This document shows, piece after piece, positions 20,924-29,440 of a stretch of DNA of 64,000 nt. The stretch covers positions 54,794-118,793 of IMG/VR virus record IMGVR_UViG_3300031857_000038, one strand, 5' to 3'. Both the position numbers and the translations under genes were made by a program. The DNA comes from a virus. Position 1 is the first letter of the stretch, and every line of letters begins with the position of its first letter. A model generated the notes under the pieces. That model was not told the DNA's origin and did not search any database. It worked only from the letters and a program-made list of their open reading frames with translations.

Positions 20924-21021
20924 GATGGATTAGAAATATCATTAACAAGGTCAAGCGTGAGATTCAATATCGCAAGAGAATTAAGGAACTCAAGAAGCGA
21001 GATCCATTCATTTACAAGTGA
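20920..21021 (+). CDS. Small basic protein (33 aa, MRWIRNIINKVKREIQYRKRIKELKKRDPFIYK)
   Basis: Read manually; AGGAG SD upstream, ATGA overlap, fills the gap before the carbamoyltransferase. Confidence 0.7.
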   Translation: MRWIRNIINKVKREIQYRKRIKELKKRDPFIYK

Positions 21022-21027
21022 GATAAT

Positions 21028-22521
21028 ATGAACTATGTAGGAATCAGTTGCGGCTTTCATGATGCCGGCTTAAGTGTCATTGATGACAATGGCGACATAC
21101 TTTTTGCTGGACACAGTGAGCGTTACAGTATGAAGAAGCACGATAGCAAATTGTGTTCAGGTATAGTAGAAGACGCTAAGAATCATATCAATGATGACTT
21201 TGAAGTTCATTATTATGAGCGCCCGTATGTCAAAGCTGTTAGACAGTTTATTGCTAAACAACAGCTTGGCCCCTTCAATGTCAATGAGATAATAGGCAAG
21301 CATAACTTATATCAGCTGGAAAGTTTTAAGCATATTCGTCAGGGTAAAGTTAAGACACACAATCATCACTTATGTCACGCCGCAGCAGGATTTCAAACTA
21401 GTCCATATGAAGACGCAACTGTAGTTGTCATTGACGCTATTGGTGAGTTGGACACTATCAGTATTTGGGATGCAACTTACGATAAGAACGGCAAAGCAAA
21501 GTACAAGAAGATTTGGGGGCGTAGATACCCTGACTCTATTGGACTGTTCTACTCTGCTATGACGGCACGAGTAGGCTTACGTCCACTAGATGAAGAATAT
21601 ATTCTAATGGGTATGGCTGCATACGGAGAGCCTCTATATAACGCTTCAATGAAACAATTGTTTAGTAACTTCGGTGGTATCATGCTTAAGGACAACTTAC
21701 ATATCGGAGTAGATGATAGTTTCTTAAAGGAAGCAGATGAAATGGATATTGCTGCATCCGCACAAGAAGTTGTAGAACAGCTAATTGAAATAGTAATTAA
21801 GAAAGCTAAGAAGCTAGGCAGAAGCGACAATCTCGTATATGGTGGGGGCGTTGCTCTCAACTGCCTAGCTAACAGATTGATTGGTAAGTACTATCAGAAC
21901 ATTTGGATTATGCCTAACCCGGGCGATGCAGGCAACAGCTTAGGTGCAGCAGCGTTAGGCTATGGTAAGAAGGTCAACTGGACTGATGCTTTCTTGGGCT
22001 TTAACATTGAAGGCGAATACCCAGTTGACAACATCATAAAAGAGTTGTATACTAATAAGATGGTAGGTGTTGCTAGTGGCAGGGCAGAGTTTGGCCCTCG
22101 TGCATTAGGTAATCGTAGCCTACTTGCAGACCCTCGCGGGCCAGAGATTAAGGATAAAGTAAATGAAATTAAACGAAGACAGCAATTTAGACCATTTGCG
22201 CCCGTTATTTTGGAGGAGCTGGTTTCTGATTACTTTGATATGCCTAGCGGCTGGAGTGACAGTAGGTATATGCAAGTCATCGCTACTTGTAGGCACCCTG
22301 ACTTATTTCCTGCTATCGTTCATGCTGACGGGACTTCTCGTGTTCAAACTGTTGCGAATGACGGATCAGGAATCAGAAAGCTCTTAGAGGCTTGGTATAA
22401 AGAAACCGGTTGCCCAATGCTATTGAATACGTCATTAAACATACGCGGAGAACCAATGGTGAATGATAGGGCTGATGCAGATCGCTTTGAAAAACTCTAC
22501 GGAGTAAAAGTCTGCTCATAA
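21028..22521 (+). CDS. O-carbamoyltransferase (NodU/CmcH/TobZ family)
   Basis: GFHDA, SERY..KKHD, HHLCHAA, GGGVALNC, GDAG, EFGPRALGNRS, FRPFAP, LNTSLN. Confidence 0.93.
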   Translation: MNYVGISCGFHDAGLSVIDDNGDILFAGHSERYSMKKHDSKLCSGIVEDAKNHINDDFEVHYYERPYVKAVRQFIAKQQLGPFNVNEIIGKHNLYQLESFKHIRQGKVKTHNHHLCHAAAGFQTSPYEDATVVVIDAIGELDTISIWDATYDKNGKAKYKKIWGRRYPDSIGLFYSAMTARVGLRPLDEEYILMGMAAYGEPLYNASMKQLFSNFGGIMLKDNLHIGVDDSFLKEADEMDIAASAQEVVEQLIEIVIKKAKKLGRSDNLVYGGGVALNCLANRLIGKYYQNIWIMPNPGDAGNSLGAAALGYGKKVNWTDAFLGFNIEGEYPVDNIIKELYTNKMVGVASGRAEFGPRALGNRSLLADPRGPEIKDKVNEIKRRQQFRPFAPVILEELVSDYFDMPSGWSDSRYMQVIATCRHPDLFPAIVHADGTSRVQTVANDGSGIRKLLEAWYKETGCPMLLNTSLNIRGEPMVNDRADADRFEKLYGVKVCS

Positions 22522-22524
22522 GTA
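22519..22524 (+). promoter_or_regulatory. Possible late promoter variant (TAAGTA)
   Basis: aTAAGTA 4 nt before the ATG at 22529; same variant and spacing at 44297. Confidence 0.4.
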
Positions 22525-22528
22525 ATAG

Positions 22529-25500
22529 ATGCTTAGAGACGTTTTTTATTATGGCAAGAAGCCCAATGTTCACCCCAGAGAACAATTCGCAGAGAATCTA
22601 GCTGATGCTAGACTAAAAGCCACCACTCGTGACTTTTGGATCATCAATGAGTTCTGTGACTATCGTAATTTTGATTGGGACTTTGATTTTGAATTCCTCC
22701 CAGACGAAGATGTTTGGGCAGAAGATCATAACAATGTGTGGCCTAGTCAACATCAAAAAGATAGCGGCACATGGTTGTGTCCAAAAGAAGACAGTGACCT
22801 AATCATCTATCGAGGTGATGTAGATCCAGTCATTCGTAAAAACGAAAAGACTGACCAATGGGTTGAGCTTGATTTAATCAACCATAATAAGTTTGACTTT
22901 AGTTGGCATCCTGACCCAACTGACCCTCCCTATATCTATAAGTGGCCCTGCAAGTTCTTCCCTGCTGAGTTCAAGCATGTATTAGAATATCGTGTGCCAG
23001 GAGCAACACAAGAAAAATACATGAACACAATTGCAGAGTTGGTTCCTGAGTATGAGCGTTGGGTAGAACATCAAGCAATTGACAAAGATAGATTTGATAT
23101 GTCGTGGAGACCGAATCCACTTGACCCGCCGTTCATCTATGTTTGGGGCAACAAATATATTGACGGGACACTTAGACCCACACTAGAGTATCATGCACCG
23201 AATGCAACCGACAAAAAGTATATGTCAGAGTTGGTTCCTGTATTGCCCGAAACTGATAGATGGAACATAGTTGAAGATATTGATAAATCATCGTTTGACT
23301 TTAGCTGGAGACCAGACCCTAGAGAACCCGCTTTCATTTACGTATTCGGTAACGAACAATACGATGGCACTATCATGCCTACTGTTGAGTATCACTGCCC
23401 TGATGCAACTGAAATTAAGTATGTTACTGATATCAAAGCCAAACTATCAAGTAAGAGAGAATTATTTGAACATCTTGAAGACAGCTATGGTCTAGATTAT
23501 ACATGGCGTCCGGACCCCACAAGCCCTCCCTACATCTATGCATGGGGCAATCAGTGGAATATACCAGAAGACAAGGTATCGGTGCAATTCGTAGTTGAAG
23601 GTGCTACTGAATACAAGTATATGGAAGACCGTGCAGTACGCAAACCATGCATGGATAACTGGATAGTCCCTGATGATGTTGACACTACTGGATTTGACTT
23701 CAGTTGGGAACCTAGCCCTGCTGCACCACCGTATATTTACGAGTTCGCAACACAATGGCAGAAGACAGGAGGCCCTCAGTATGTAGTGCCTGGCGCTACT
23801 GAAAAACAGTATGTTGACTTTCAAAAAGTCAGAAAGCTACCTTCAGTAGATAATTGGAATGTGCCTGATAACATTGATAGCACTACGTTTGACTTTAGTT
23901 GGCATCCAGATGATACTAGCCCTCCTTATATCTACGTGTTTGCTACTCAGTGGGCATTCAGTGGAGGACCCACATACATAGTTGATGATGCAACTGAAGT
24001 CAAGTATGTAGATGATCAAATAGCAATTGCTAAACCGGACAAAACCAATTGGGTCTATGATGAGAAGCTGATTGATATCGAAAGTTTTGACTTTAGCTGG
24101 CATCCATATGTAGAAGACCAGCCCTATATCTATCAGTTCGGTACTCAATGGCAGAAGACAGGCGGACCTAAGTACATTACTCCGGGCGCTGATAGCTCTA
24201 GCCCAACCAAATATATTGATACACGTATCTTAAAAGCAATTCGTTTGCCTAACAAACATGATAGTAACTGGAACTTATTCTATGAGGTGGCTGATTTTGA
24301 TTTCAGTTGGCACCCAGACGACACCGAAGAACCATATAACTATGCTTTTGGCAACAATCTGTATCCCGCAGAAGAATGCACTACTATTCAATATAGAGTA
24401 GAAGGCGCTACCCAAACAAAATTTGTCAGCGATATAGTTGCAACGCTAGGCATCAATATGACTAATTGGGTTGTTCCCGAAAATGTTGATACCACTGGAT
24501 TTGATTTTAGTTGGGTCCCTAACCCCAATGATCCTCTGTATACGTATGAGTTTGGAACGCAGCATCAAAAGACTGGCGGCCCTAGGTATGTTGCGCCGGG
24601 CGCAACTGAAATTAAGTATGTGGACTTTCAAAAAGTAATGCGATTGCCTAATTTGGATAATTGGGAAATTCCCGATTATGTTGACGTTACTGATTTTGAC
24701 TTTAGTTGGCATCCAGACGATACAGACCCAGCATACATCTATCAGTTTGGTACTCAGTGGGCATTGACCGGTGGACCTAGGTATGTTGTGCCGGGCGCAA
24801 CTGATGAAATTAAGTACATGGACAACTTAGTTGCTAAATCGTTGCCAAATAAAACCAACTGGGTGTATGATCCAACCTTGATTGACGTTACTGATTTTGA
24901 CTTTAGTTGGCACCCATACGTAGAAGATCAGCCATATATTTACGAGTTTGGTACGCAGTGGCAGAAGACTGGTGGCCCTAAGTATATCACGCCCGGCGCT
25001 GATAGTTCTAGTCCGATAAAATATATTGATACTCGTATTCTCAAAGCGAAACGTCTGCCTAATAAAGAAAAGTATAATTGGGTAGAACGTTATCCCGTTA
25101 AAGACTTTGATTATTCGTGGCATCCCGACGATACCGAAGAGCCATACATCTATGTATTTGGCAATGAGCAATATGGTGCAGAAGATATGCCTACTGTAGA
25201 ATATGTTGTTCCGAACGCAACTCAAATAAAATATATCACTGGCGTTTGTGCTAAGCTAGCACCTAGTAGAGATAACTGGAAAATCTATAAAGAAATTGAC
25301 GAAGATGCGTTTGATTTTAGTTGGAGACCACACCCCAAAGACCCTGCGTACATTTACAGATGGGGTAACAAATATATCAGCAACAAGTATGAGCCTACTA
25401 TAGAATATATTGTTCCGGGCGCAACTGATATCAAATACATGGAAGACAATGTGATTGTTCTTCCGGAGCATGACCGTTGGTTTATTCCAGAGGGGATTGA

Positions 25501-28276
25501 CCTTTCAGACTTTGACTTGTCATGGCGTCCTAACCCGTTAGAGCCGCCTCAAATTTATCAGTTTGGTACTCAGTGGCAGAAGACTAATGGTCCTAGATAC
25601 ACCTATCCTGGAGCAACAACAGTAAAATACGTAGATGAGCAAAAAGCAAGATATCTGCCTAATCAAAAGAATTGGGATATTCCTAAGAACGTAGACGTTA
25701 CTGATTTTGACTTTAGCTGGCATCCTGATGACACTGATCCCGACTTCATCTATCAGTTCGGTACTCAGTGGGCATTGAACAGCGGCCCTAAGTACGTAGT
25801 GAATGGAGCTACCGAAGTCAAGTATGTAGATAATCCAATTGCTAAAGCCCTACCCGATAGAACCAATTGGGTATATGACGAAAATGAAATAGACGTTAAC
25901 AGCTTTGACTTTAGTTGGCACCCATATGTAGAAGATCAGCCATATATCTATCAGTTCGGTACACAACATCAAAAGACCGGCGGACCTAAATATGTCACTC
26001 CGGGTGCTGATAGCTCTAGCCCAATCAAATATATTGATACACGTATTATCAAGGCAAAACGATTGCCTAACCGAAGCAAGTTTAAAGTTTTGGGAGGGGT
26101 AAAAATCAAAGACTTCGACTGGTCTTGGCATCCCGATGATACTAGTCCCCCTTACATTTACCTATTCGGTAATAACTGGTATCCGGCAGATGAAATGCCG
26201 ACAATTGAGTACAGAGTAGATGGCGCTGTAGAAGCTAAGTTTATTGATGACATGATAGCTAAGCTAGCCCCGAATAATAATAATTGGGAAGTGCGTGAAG
26301 ATATAGATGTTACTCGATTTGACTTTAGTTGGGTACCTCACCCATCAGCAAAACCCTACATTTACCAATTCGGTACTTCTGCAAATCCGTTAGATGGTCC
26401 GATATATGTCGTGCCAGGTAATGAGGGTGAGATAATCAACGTTCCGAGAGTTGAAATTGATGTTGATGACACTATCATTGAAGATGAACAGATTGATATT
26501 CACGAGGAGAGCATCACTGAACAAATAGAAAACGTCTCTAGCGAAACAGTGGACATGTTCTTTGTTGACCGTGGAAACCCCGAAGCTGCTGCTAGATTTG
26601 AAGCACTAAAAGCGAAATATGGTACACAAATTCAAAAGACTCGCTATCTTAATAGTTGGGTAGACACTATCAATCGTTGCACTAATAGAGCAACTAGTGA
26701 ATTGATTTGGGTACTGAACAGTGAACTTGATTACAGTGATTTCAACTTTAGCTACTATCCGAACCCTTGGCAAATAAAGATGGTACATGTATTTGGAACT
26801 CAATGGAGTCATTGGGGTACAACATTCATGATCAACACTGAAACTTTCCGTGAAGATACGAAATACATCAAGATAATTGAGCATTTAAGCAATCTAAACT
26901 TCGTGAAAGACATTAGAGCTACGGCCACAAAGTGCAGTCACGACATTGTGGTTATTGACCACGGTAATAAAGAAACACCCAATGTTGTTTCTATCTTGCA
27001 GAATAAAGCGCCTGACAAAACAGTTACTACTACCAAATACAATAACAGTTATTTGGACACACTAAGAGAAGTTATCAAGCGCCAGCCTGAGAAGAAAGAA
27101 CATTTCATTTGGGTATGTTCAAGTGTTTGTGATTACACTAACTTTGATTTCACTTACATAATTGATCCATTCTCAAGAGACAATCTGCATGTTTTCCCTA
27201 GTGGTAAACAGAAGTTTGGCGACACATTCTTTATTGACGTTAGTAACGCAAGAGAAGTAATCAGTGAACTTGACAGGCTAGAAAACTTCACCAAAGTAAA
27301 CTATAATGGCACTGTGAAGGCAGAGCGTCTACAAGAACCAATCATTGTTATCAGTGATGACACGCACACTAACTCAATTGATAAGATTACTGACTTCCCG
27401 TACGCAACATTAATTACTAGTGATAATGTTGACATTGGTAAGGTTGATGTAGAGCCAATGAATCTTTGGTCAGCCGAAACTAAGAACATCTATGTAACAA
27501 GTACAGGCTCCACTAGAATTGTTGCTCCCAAAGAAATTAAGGATTACGTTAAGAAAGAACTATACGAGTATCCATATATCAAACGTGCTCCTAAGCTATC
27601 ATTGTCTAACCCACTAGACATTGTGTTCTTAAGCAACGGCGAAACTGGGGCAGAAGAACATTACGAGCATTTGCTGAATATCACTAAGAATCTCCCTAAC
27701 AGAGTAGTGAGAGTAGATGGAGTGAATGGTCGTGCAGCAGCATATCACGCAGCAGCAGAAGCAAGCAACACTCCTTGGATGTTCACTGTGTTTGCTAAGC
27801 TGAAGGTCAGTCCTAAGTTTGACTTTAACTGGCAACCAGATAGAATGCAGAGTCCAAAGCATTATATCTTCCATGCAAAGAATCCTGTTAATGGATTGGT
27901 ATATGGTCACCAAGCAATGATTGCGTACAATAAGAAGCTAACTCTAGCCAATGACGGTAAAGGACTAGACTTTACATTAGATGATGAGCATGAAGTTGTT
28001 CCGTTGATTTCAGGTACTGCTCAATACAACACTGATGAGTTCTCAACATGGAGAACAGCATTCAGAGAGGTCATCAAGCTTAGAGCAGATGATAGCGAAG
28101 TGTCTAAGGAAAGACTTGATGCATGGTTGAATAAGGCAGAGGGTGACTTTGCTCAATACAGCATCAAGGGTGCGTTGGATGCAGACGAGTATTACGATGA
28201 AGTAGACGGCGACTTTGACCAGTTGAAGTTGAGCTATGAGTGGGCTTGGCTCAGAGAAAAATTTGACCAAATCTGA
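22529..28276 (+). CDS. 1915-aa repeat protein with degenerate GT-A glycosyltransferase-like domains
   Basis: About 18 repeats of FDFSWxP...PYIYxFGTQW..GGPxY.VPGAT..KY; C-terminal DIVFLS..E..A...RVDGVNG..AYHAAA..S.T...NPVNGLVYG...WRTAFRE..KL. Confidence 0.75.
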   Translation: MLRDVFYYGKKPNVHPREQFAENLADARLKATTRDFWIINEFCDYRNFDWDFDFEFLPDEDVWAEDHNNVWPSQHQKDSGTWLCPKEDSDLIIYRGDVDPVIRKNEKTDQWVELDLINHNKFDFSWHPDPTDPPYIYKWPCKFFPAEFKHVLEYRVPGATQEKYMNTIAELVPEYERWVEHQAIDKDRFDMSWRPNPLDPPFIYVWGNKYIDGTLRPTLEYHAPNATDKKYMSELVPVLPETDRWNIVEDIDKSSFDFSWRPDPREPAFIYVFGNEQYDGTIMPTVEYHCPDATEIKYVTDIKAKLSSKRELFEHLEDSYGLDYTWRPDPTSPPYIYAWGNQWNIPEDKVSVQFVVEGATEYKYMEDRAVRKPCMDNWIVPDDVDTTGFDFSWEPSPAAPPYIYEFATQWQKTGGPQYVVPGATEKQYVDFQKVRKLPSVDNWNVPDNIDSTTFDFSWHPDDTSPPYIYVFATQWAFSGGPTYIVDDATEVKYVDDQIAIAKPDKTNWVYDEKLIDIESFDFSWHPYVEDQPYIYQFGTQWQKTGGPKYITPGADSSSPTKYIDTRILKAIRLPNKHDSNWNLFYEVADFDFSWHPDDTEEPYNYAFGNNLYPAEECTTIQYRVEGATQTKFVSDIVATLGINMTNWVVPENVDTTGFDFSWVPNPNDPLYTYEFGTQHQKTGGPRYVAPGATEIKYVDFQKVMRLPNLDNWEIPDYVDVTDFDFSWHPDDTDPAYIYQFGTQWALTGGPRYVVPGATDEIKYMDNLVAKSLPNKTNWVYDPTLIDVTDFDFSWHPYVEDQPYIYEFGTQWQKTGGPKYITPGADSSSPIKYIDTRILKAKRLPNKEKYNWVERYPVKDFDYSWHPDDTEEPYIYVFGNEQYGAEDMPTVEYVVPNATQIKYITGVCAKLAPSRDNWKIYKEIDEDAFDFSWRPHPKDPAYIYRWGNKYISNKYEPTIEYIVPGATDIKYMEDNVIVLPEHDRWFIPEGIDLSDFDLSWRPNPLEPPQIYQFGTQWQKTNGPRYTYPGATTVKYVDEQKARYLPNQKNWDIPKNVDVTDFDFSWHPDDTDPDFIYQFGTQWALNSGPKYVVNGATEVKYVDNPIAKALPDRTNWVYDENEIDVNSFDFSWHPYVEDQPYIYQFGTQHQKTGGPKYVTPGADSSSPIKYIDTRIIKAKRLPNRSKFKVLGGVKIKDFDWSWHPDDTSPPYIYLFGNNWYPADEMPTIEYRVDGAVEAKFIDDMIAKLAPNNNNWEVREDIDVTRFDFSWVPHPSAKPYIYQFGTSANPLDGPIYVVPGNEGEIINVPRVEIDVDDTIIEDEQIDIHEESITEQIENVSSETVDMFFVDRGNPEAAARFEALKAKYGTQIQKTRYLNSWVDTINRCTNRATSELIWVLNSELDYSDFNFSYYPNPWQIKMVHVFGTQWSHWGTTFMINTETFREDTKYIKIIEHLSNLNFVKDIRATATKCSHDIVVIDHGNKETPNVVSILQNKAPDKTVTTTKYNNSYLDTLREVIKRQPEKKEHFIWVCSSVCDYTNFDFTYIIDPFSRDNLHVFPSGKQKFGDTFFIDVSNAREVISELDRLENFTKVNYNGTVKAERLQEPIIVISDDTHTNSIDKITDFPYATLITSDNVDIGKVDVEPMNLWSAETKNIYVTSTGSTRIVAPKEIKDYVKKELYEYPYIKRAPKLSLSNPLDIVFLSNGETGAEEHYEHLLNITKNLPNRVVRVDGVNGRAAAYHAAAEASNTPWMFTVFAKLKVSPKFDFNWQPDRMQSPKHYIFHAKNPVNGLVYGHQAMIAYNKKLTLANDGKGLDFTLDDEHEVVPLISGTAQYNTDEFSTWRTAFREVIKLRADDSEVSKERLDAWLNKAEGDFAQYSIKGALDADEYYDEVDGDFDQLKLSYEWAWLREKFDQI
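22860..26430 (+). repeat. Intragenic tandem repeat array (~65-75 aa units) with a higher-order 4-5-unit block repeated three times
   Basis: Near-identical HPYVEDQPYIY...PGADSSSP.KYIDTRI units start at about 24086, 24896 and 25904. Confidence 0.85.
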
Positions 28277-28286
28277 CATAAACCGG

Positions 28287-28315
28287 TTGACAACGATAAA
28301 AAAGATAAGTATAGT
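28287..28315 (+). promoter_or_regulatory. sigma70-type early promoter
   Basis: ggTTGACA-17 nt-TATAGT. Confidence 0.7.
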
Positions 28316-28325
28316 AGAGGGTAAT

Positions 28326-28463
28326 ATGAAAGAAAATATTTTATACAATCAAAAATTTCTAGCCACAGCCGTGCTAGTAACTCCCTTAATTCCGGTGATA
28401 GCGTATGCCACATACAGGCTGGCACTTGAAGTTTGGTGCATCGCATACGGTTTGATCTACTAA
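28326..28463 (+). CDS. Small membrane protein
   Basis: ATG at 28326 after GAGG; hydrophobic stretch FLATAVLVTPLIPVIAY. Confidence 0.5.
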   Translation: MKENILYNQKFLATAVLVTPLIPVIAYATYRLALEVWCIAYGLIY

Positions 28464-28481
28464 CAGCCAAAGGAGGCTACT

Positions 28482-28844
28482 ATGAAGAAGATTGTTTCGC
28501 TTATTACAATGACTGCAATGCTTGCAGTTTCTACTCCGGCATTTGCCGGTGATAGGGATCGTGATTACCGTTGGGGAAATGACAGAAATGTACACAGCCC
28601 TTATCATAGACAGCATCATCGTCGTGATCGTGGTGTAAGCACAGAAGGTGCAATTATCATTGGTCTTGGAGCATTGCTTGTTGGAAAAGCTATTGCCGAT
28701 AACAACAATCGTCGCCGCAATCGTGAAGTAATCGTAGTAGAACGCCATCAGCCGCAACCTCGACAAGTTTGTCAGGACATAGTTCAACGTGACTATTACG
28801 GCAATCCTTATGTTGCTGGACGTAACTGCTGGTACGAGCAATGA
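28482..28844 (+). CDS. Secreted/periplasmic small protein (signal peptide, Arg/His-rich stretch, glycine-zipper-like helix, C-terminal Cys pair)
   Basis: AAGGAGG SD; MKKIVSL...PAFA signal peptide; GAIIIGLGALLVGKAIA. Confidence 0.7.
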   Translation: MKKIVSLITMTAMLAVSTPAFAGDRDRDYRWGNDRNVHSPYHRQHHRRDRGVSTEGAIIIGLGALLVGKAIADNNNRRRNREVIVVERHQPQPRQVCQDIVQRDYYGNPYVAGRNCWYEQ

Positions 28845-29005
28845 TTGATTGGTCAGGTATGCGTCCTGTGCGAAAGCCGACTCAAAAGGAGCGCGGACGC
28901 TACCAGCGTTGGGTAAAGTATCTTAAAGATTCTAGACTCACCGAAGAACAAATTCATGAACGAGCAACTAGACTAACTGAAATGGGTCGTGAACCTGATC
29001 TATAA
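28841..29005 (+). CDS. Hypothetical protein (54 aa)
   Basis: Read manually; ATGA overlap with the upstream stop; MIDWSGMRPVRK...EPDL. Confidence 0.55.
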   Translation: MIDWSGMRPVRKPTQKERGRYQRWVKYLKDSRLTEEQIHERATRLTEMGREPDL

Positions 29006-29007
29006 TT

Positions 29008-29175
29008 ATGGTAGTCTGTAATTGTAGAAACATTAGAGAATCGCAATTTACTAGCAGAGAAGAACTAGCTGCCCGTATTTTGCAAGATGATTATTGTTGT
29101 GGTACATGTTTAGACGAGTTTTTACCAAACGACAATAAAAAGATTGACACGAACCCCCAACTAGTATATAAATAG
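29008..29175 (+). CDS. Bfd-like [2Fe-2S] ferredoxin (55 aa)
   Basis: Read manually: MVVCNCRNIRE...CCGTC matches the C-x-C...C-x2-C pattern of bacterioferritin-associated ferredoxins. Confidence 0.65.
   Translation: MVVCNCRNIRESQFTSREELAARILQDDYCCGTCLDEFLPNDNKKIDTNPQLVYK
29144..29174 (+). promoter_or_regulatory. Composite early and late promoter for tmRNA
   Basis: TTGACA (29144)-17 nt-TATAAA; the -10 box extends to the full T4 late consensus TATAAATA (29167-29174). Confidence 0.65.
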
Positions 29176-29178
29176 ATT

Positions 29179-29418
29179 ATCAGTTGTTTGATGCAATCTG
29201 ATGTTTGTGCAGGACCCGGGGGCGGTACCCGGCGCCTCCACCATAAACTTATGGGGGCGAAATAGGATCGACTGCAAGGCAGAGGTGAGAGTAGACTGAT
29301 TGGTTGGCCGCATATAAGCCAAAAACTGTAAATGTCGCAGCTAATGACAACAATGTGGATCTTGCGCTAGCCGCATAATCCTGTGAGCCCGGCGGAGCTT
29401 AGAAACAGAATCCGCCAA
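29179..29418 (+). ncRNA. ssrA: Two-piece, circularly permuted tmRNA (alphaproteobacterial type)
   Basis: Acceptor piece ends GGACCCGGGGGCGGTACCCGGCGCCTCCACCA (29243; GGCGGUA T-loop); 9-nt intervening segment; coding piece starts GGGGGCGAAATAGGATCGAC (29253; G3-U pair); tag (A)ANDNNVDLALAA-stop at 29337-29378; 3' hairpin at 29391-29416. Confidence 0.93.
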
Positions 29419-29429
29419 CTTTGCACACA

Positions 29430-29435
29430 TAAATA
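29430..29435 (+). promoter_or_regulatory. Late promoter core TAAATA
   Basis: caTAAATA 5 nt before the ATG at 29441. Confidence 0.6.
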
Positions 29436-29440
29436 TCTTT

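Noticed and set aside
3-22521. Bacterial LPS/capsule or antibiotic gene cluster
   Set aside because: No transporters, polymerases or regulators; contiguous with phage genes and shares their late-promoter motif and a phage small-protein family member
22860-26430. Recurrent TTTGACTTTAGTTGGCA motif as a CRISPR array or DGR template
   Set aside because: In-frame, varies at synonymous positions, ~200-nt period inside one ORF; no cas or reverse transcriptase genes and no adenine-specific variation evident
29212-29262. tRNA-Ala-like sequence ending in CCA
   Set aside because: No anticodon arm, and the halves are permuted with a tag ORF downstream; it is tmRNA
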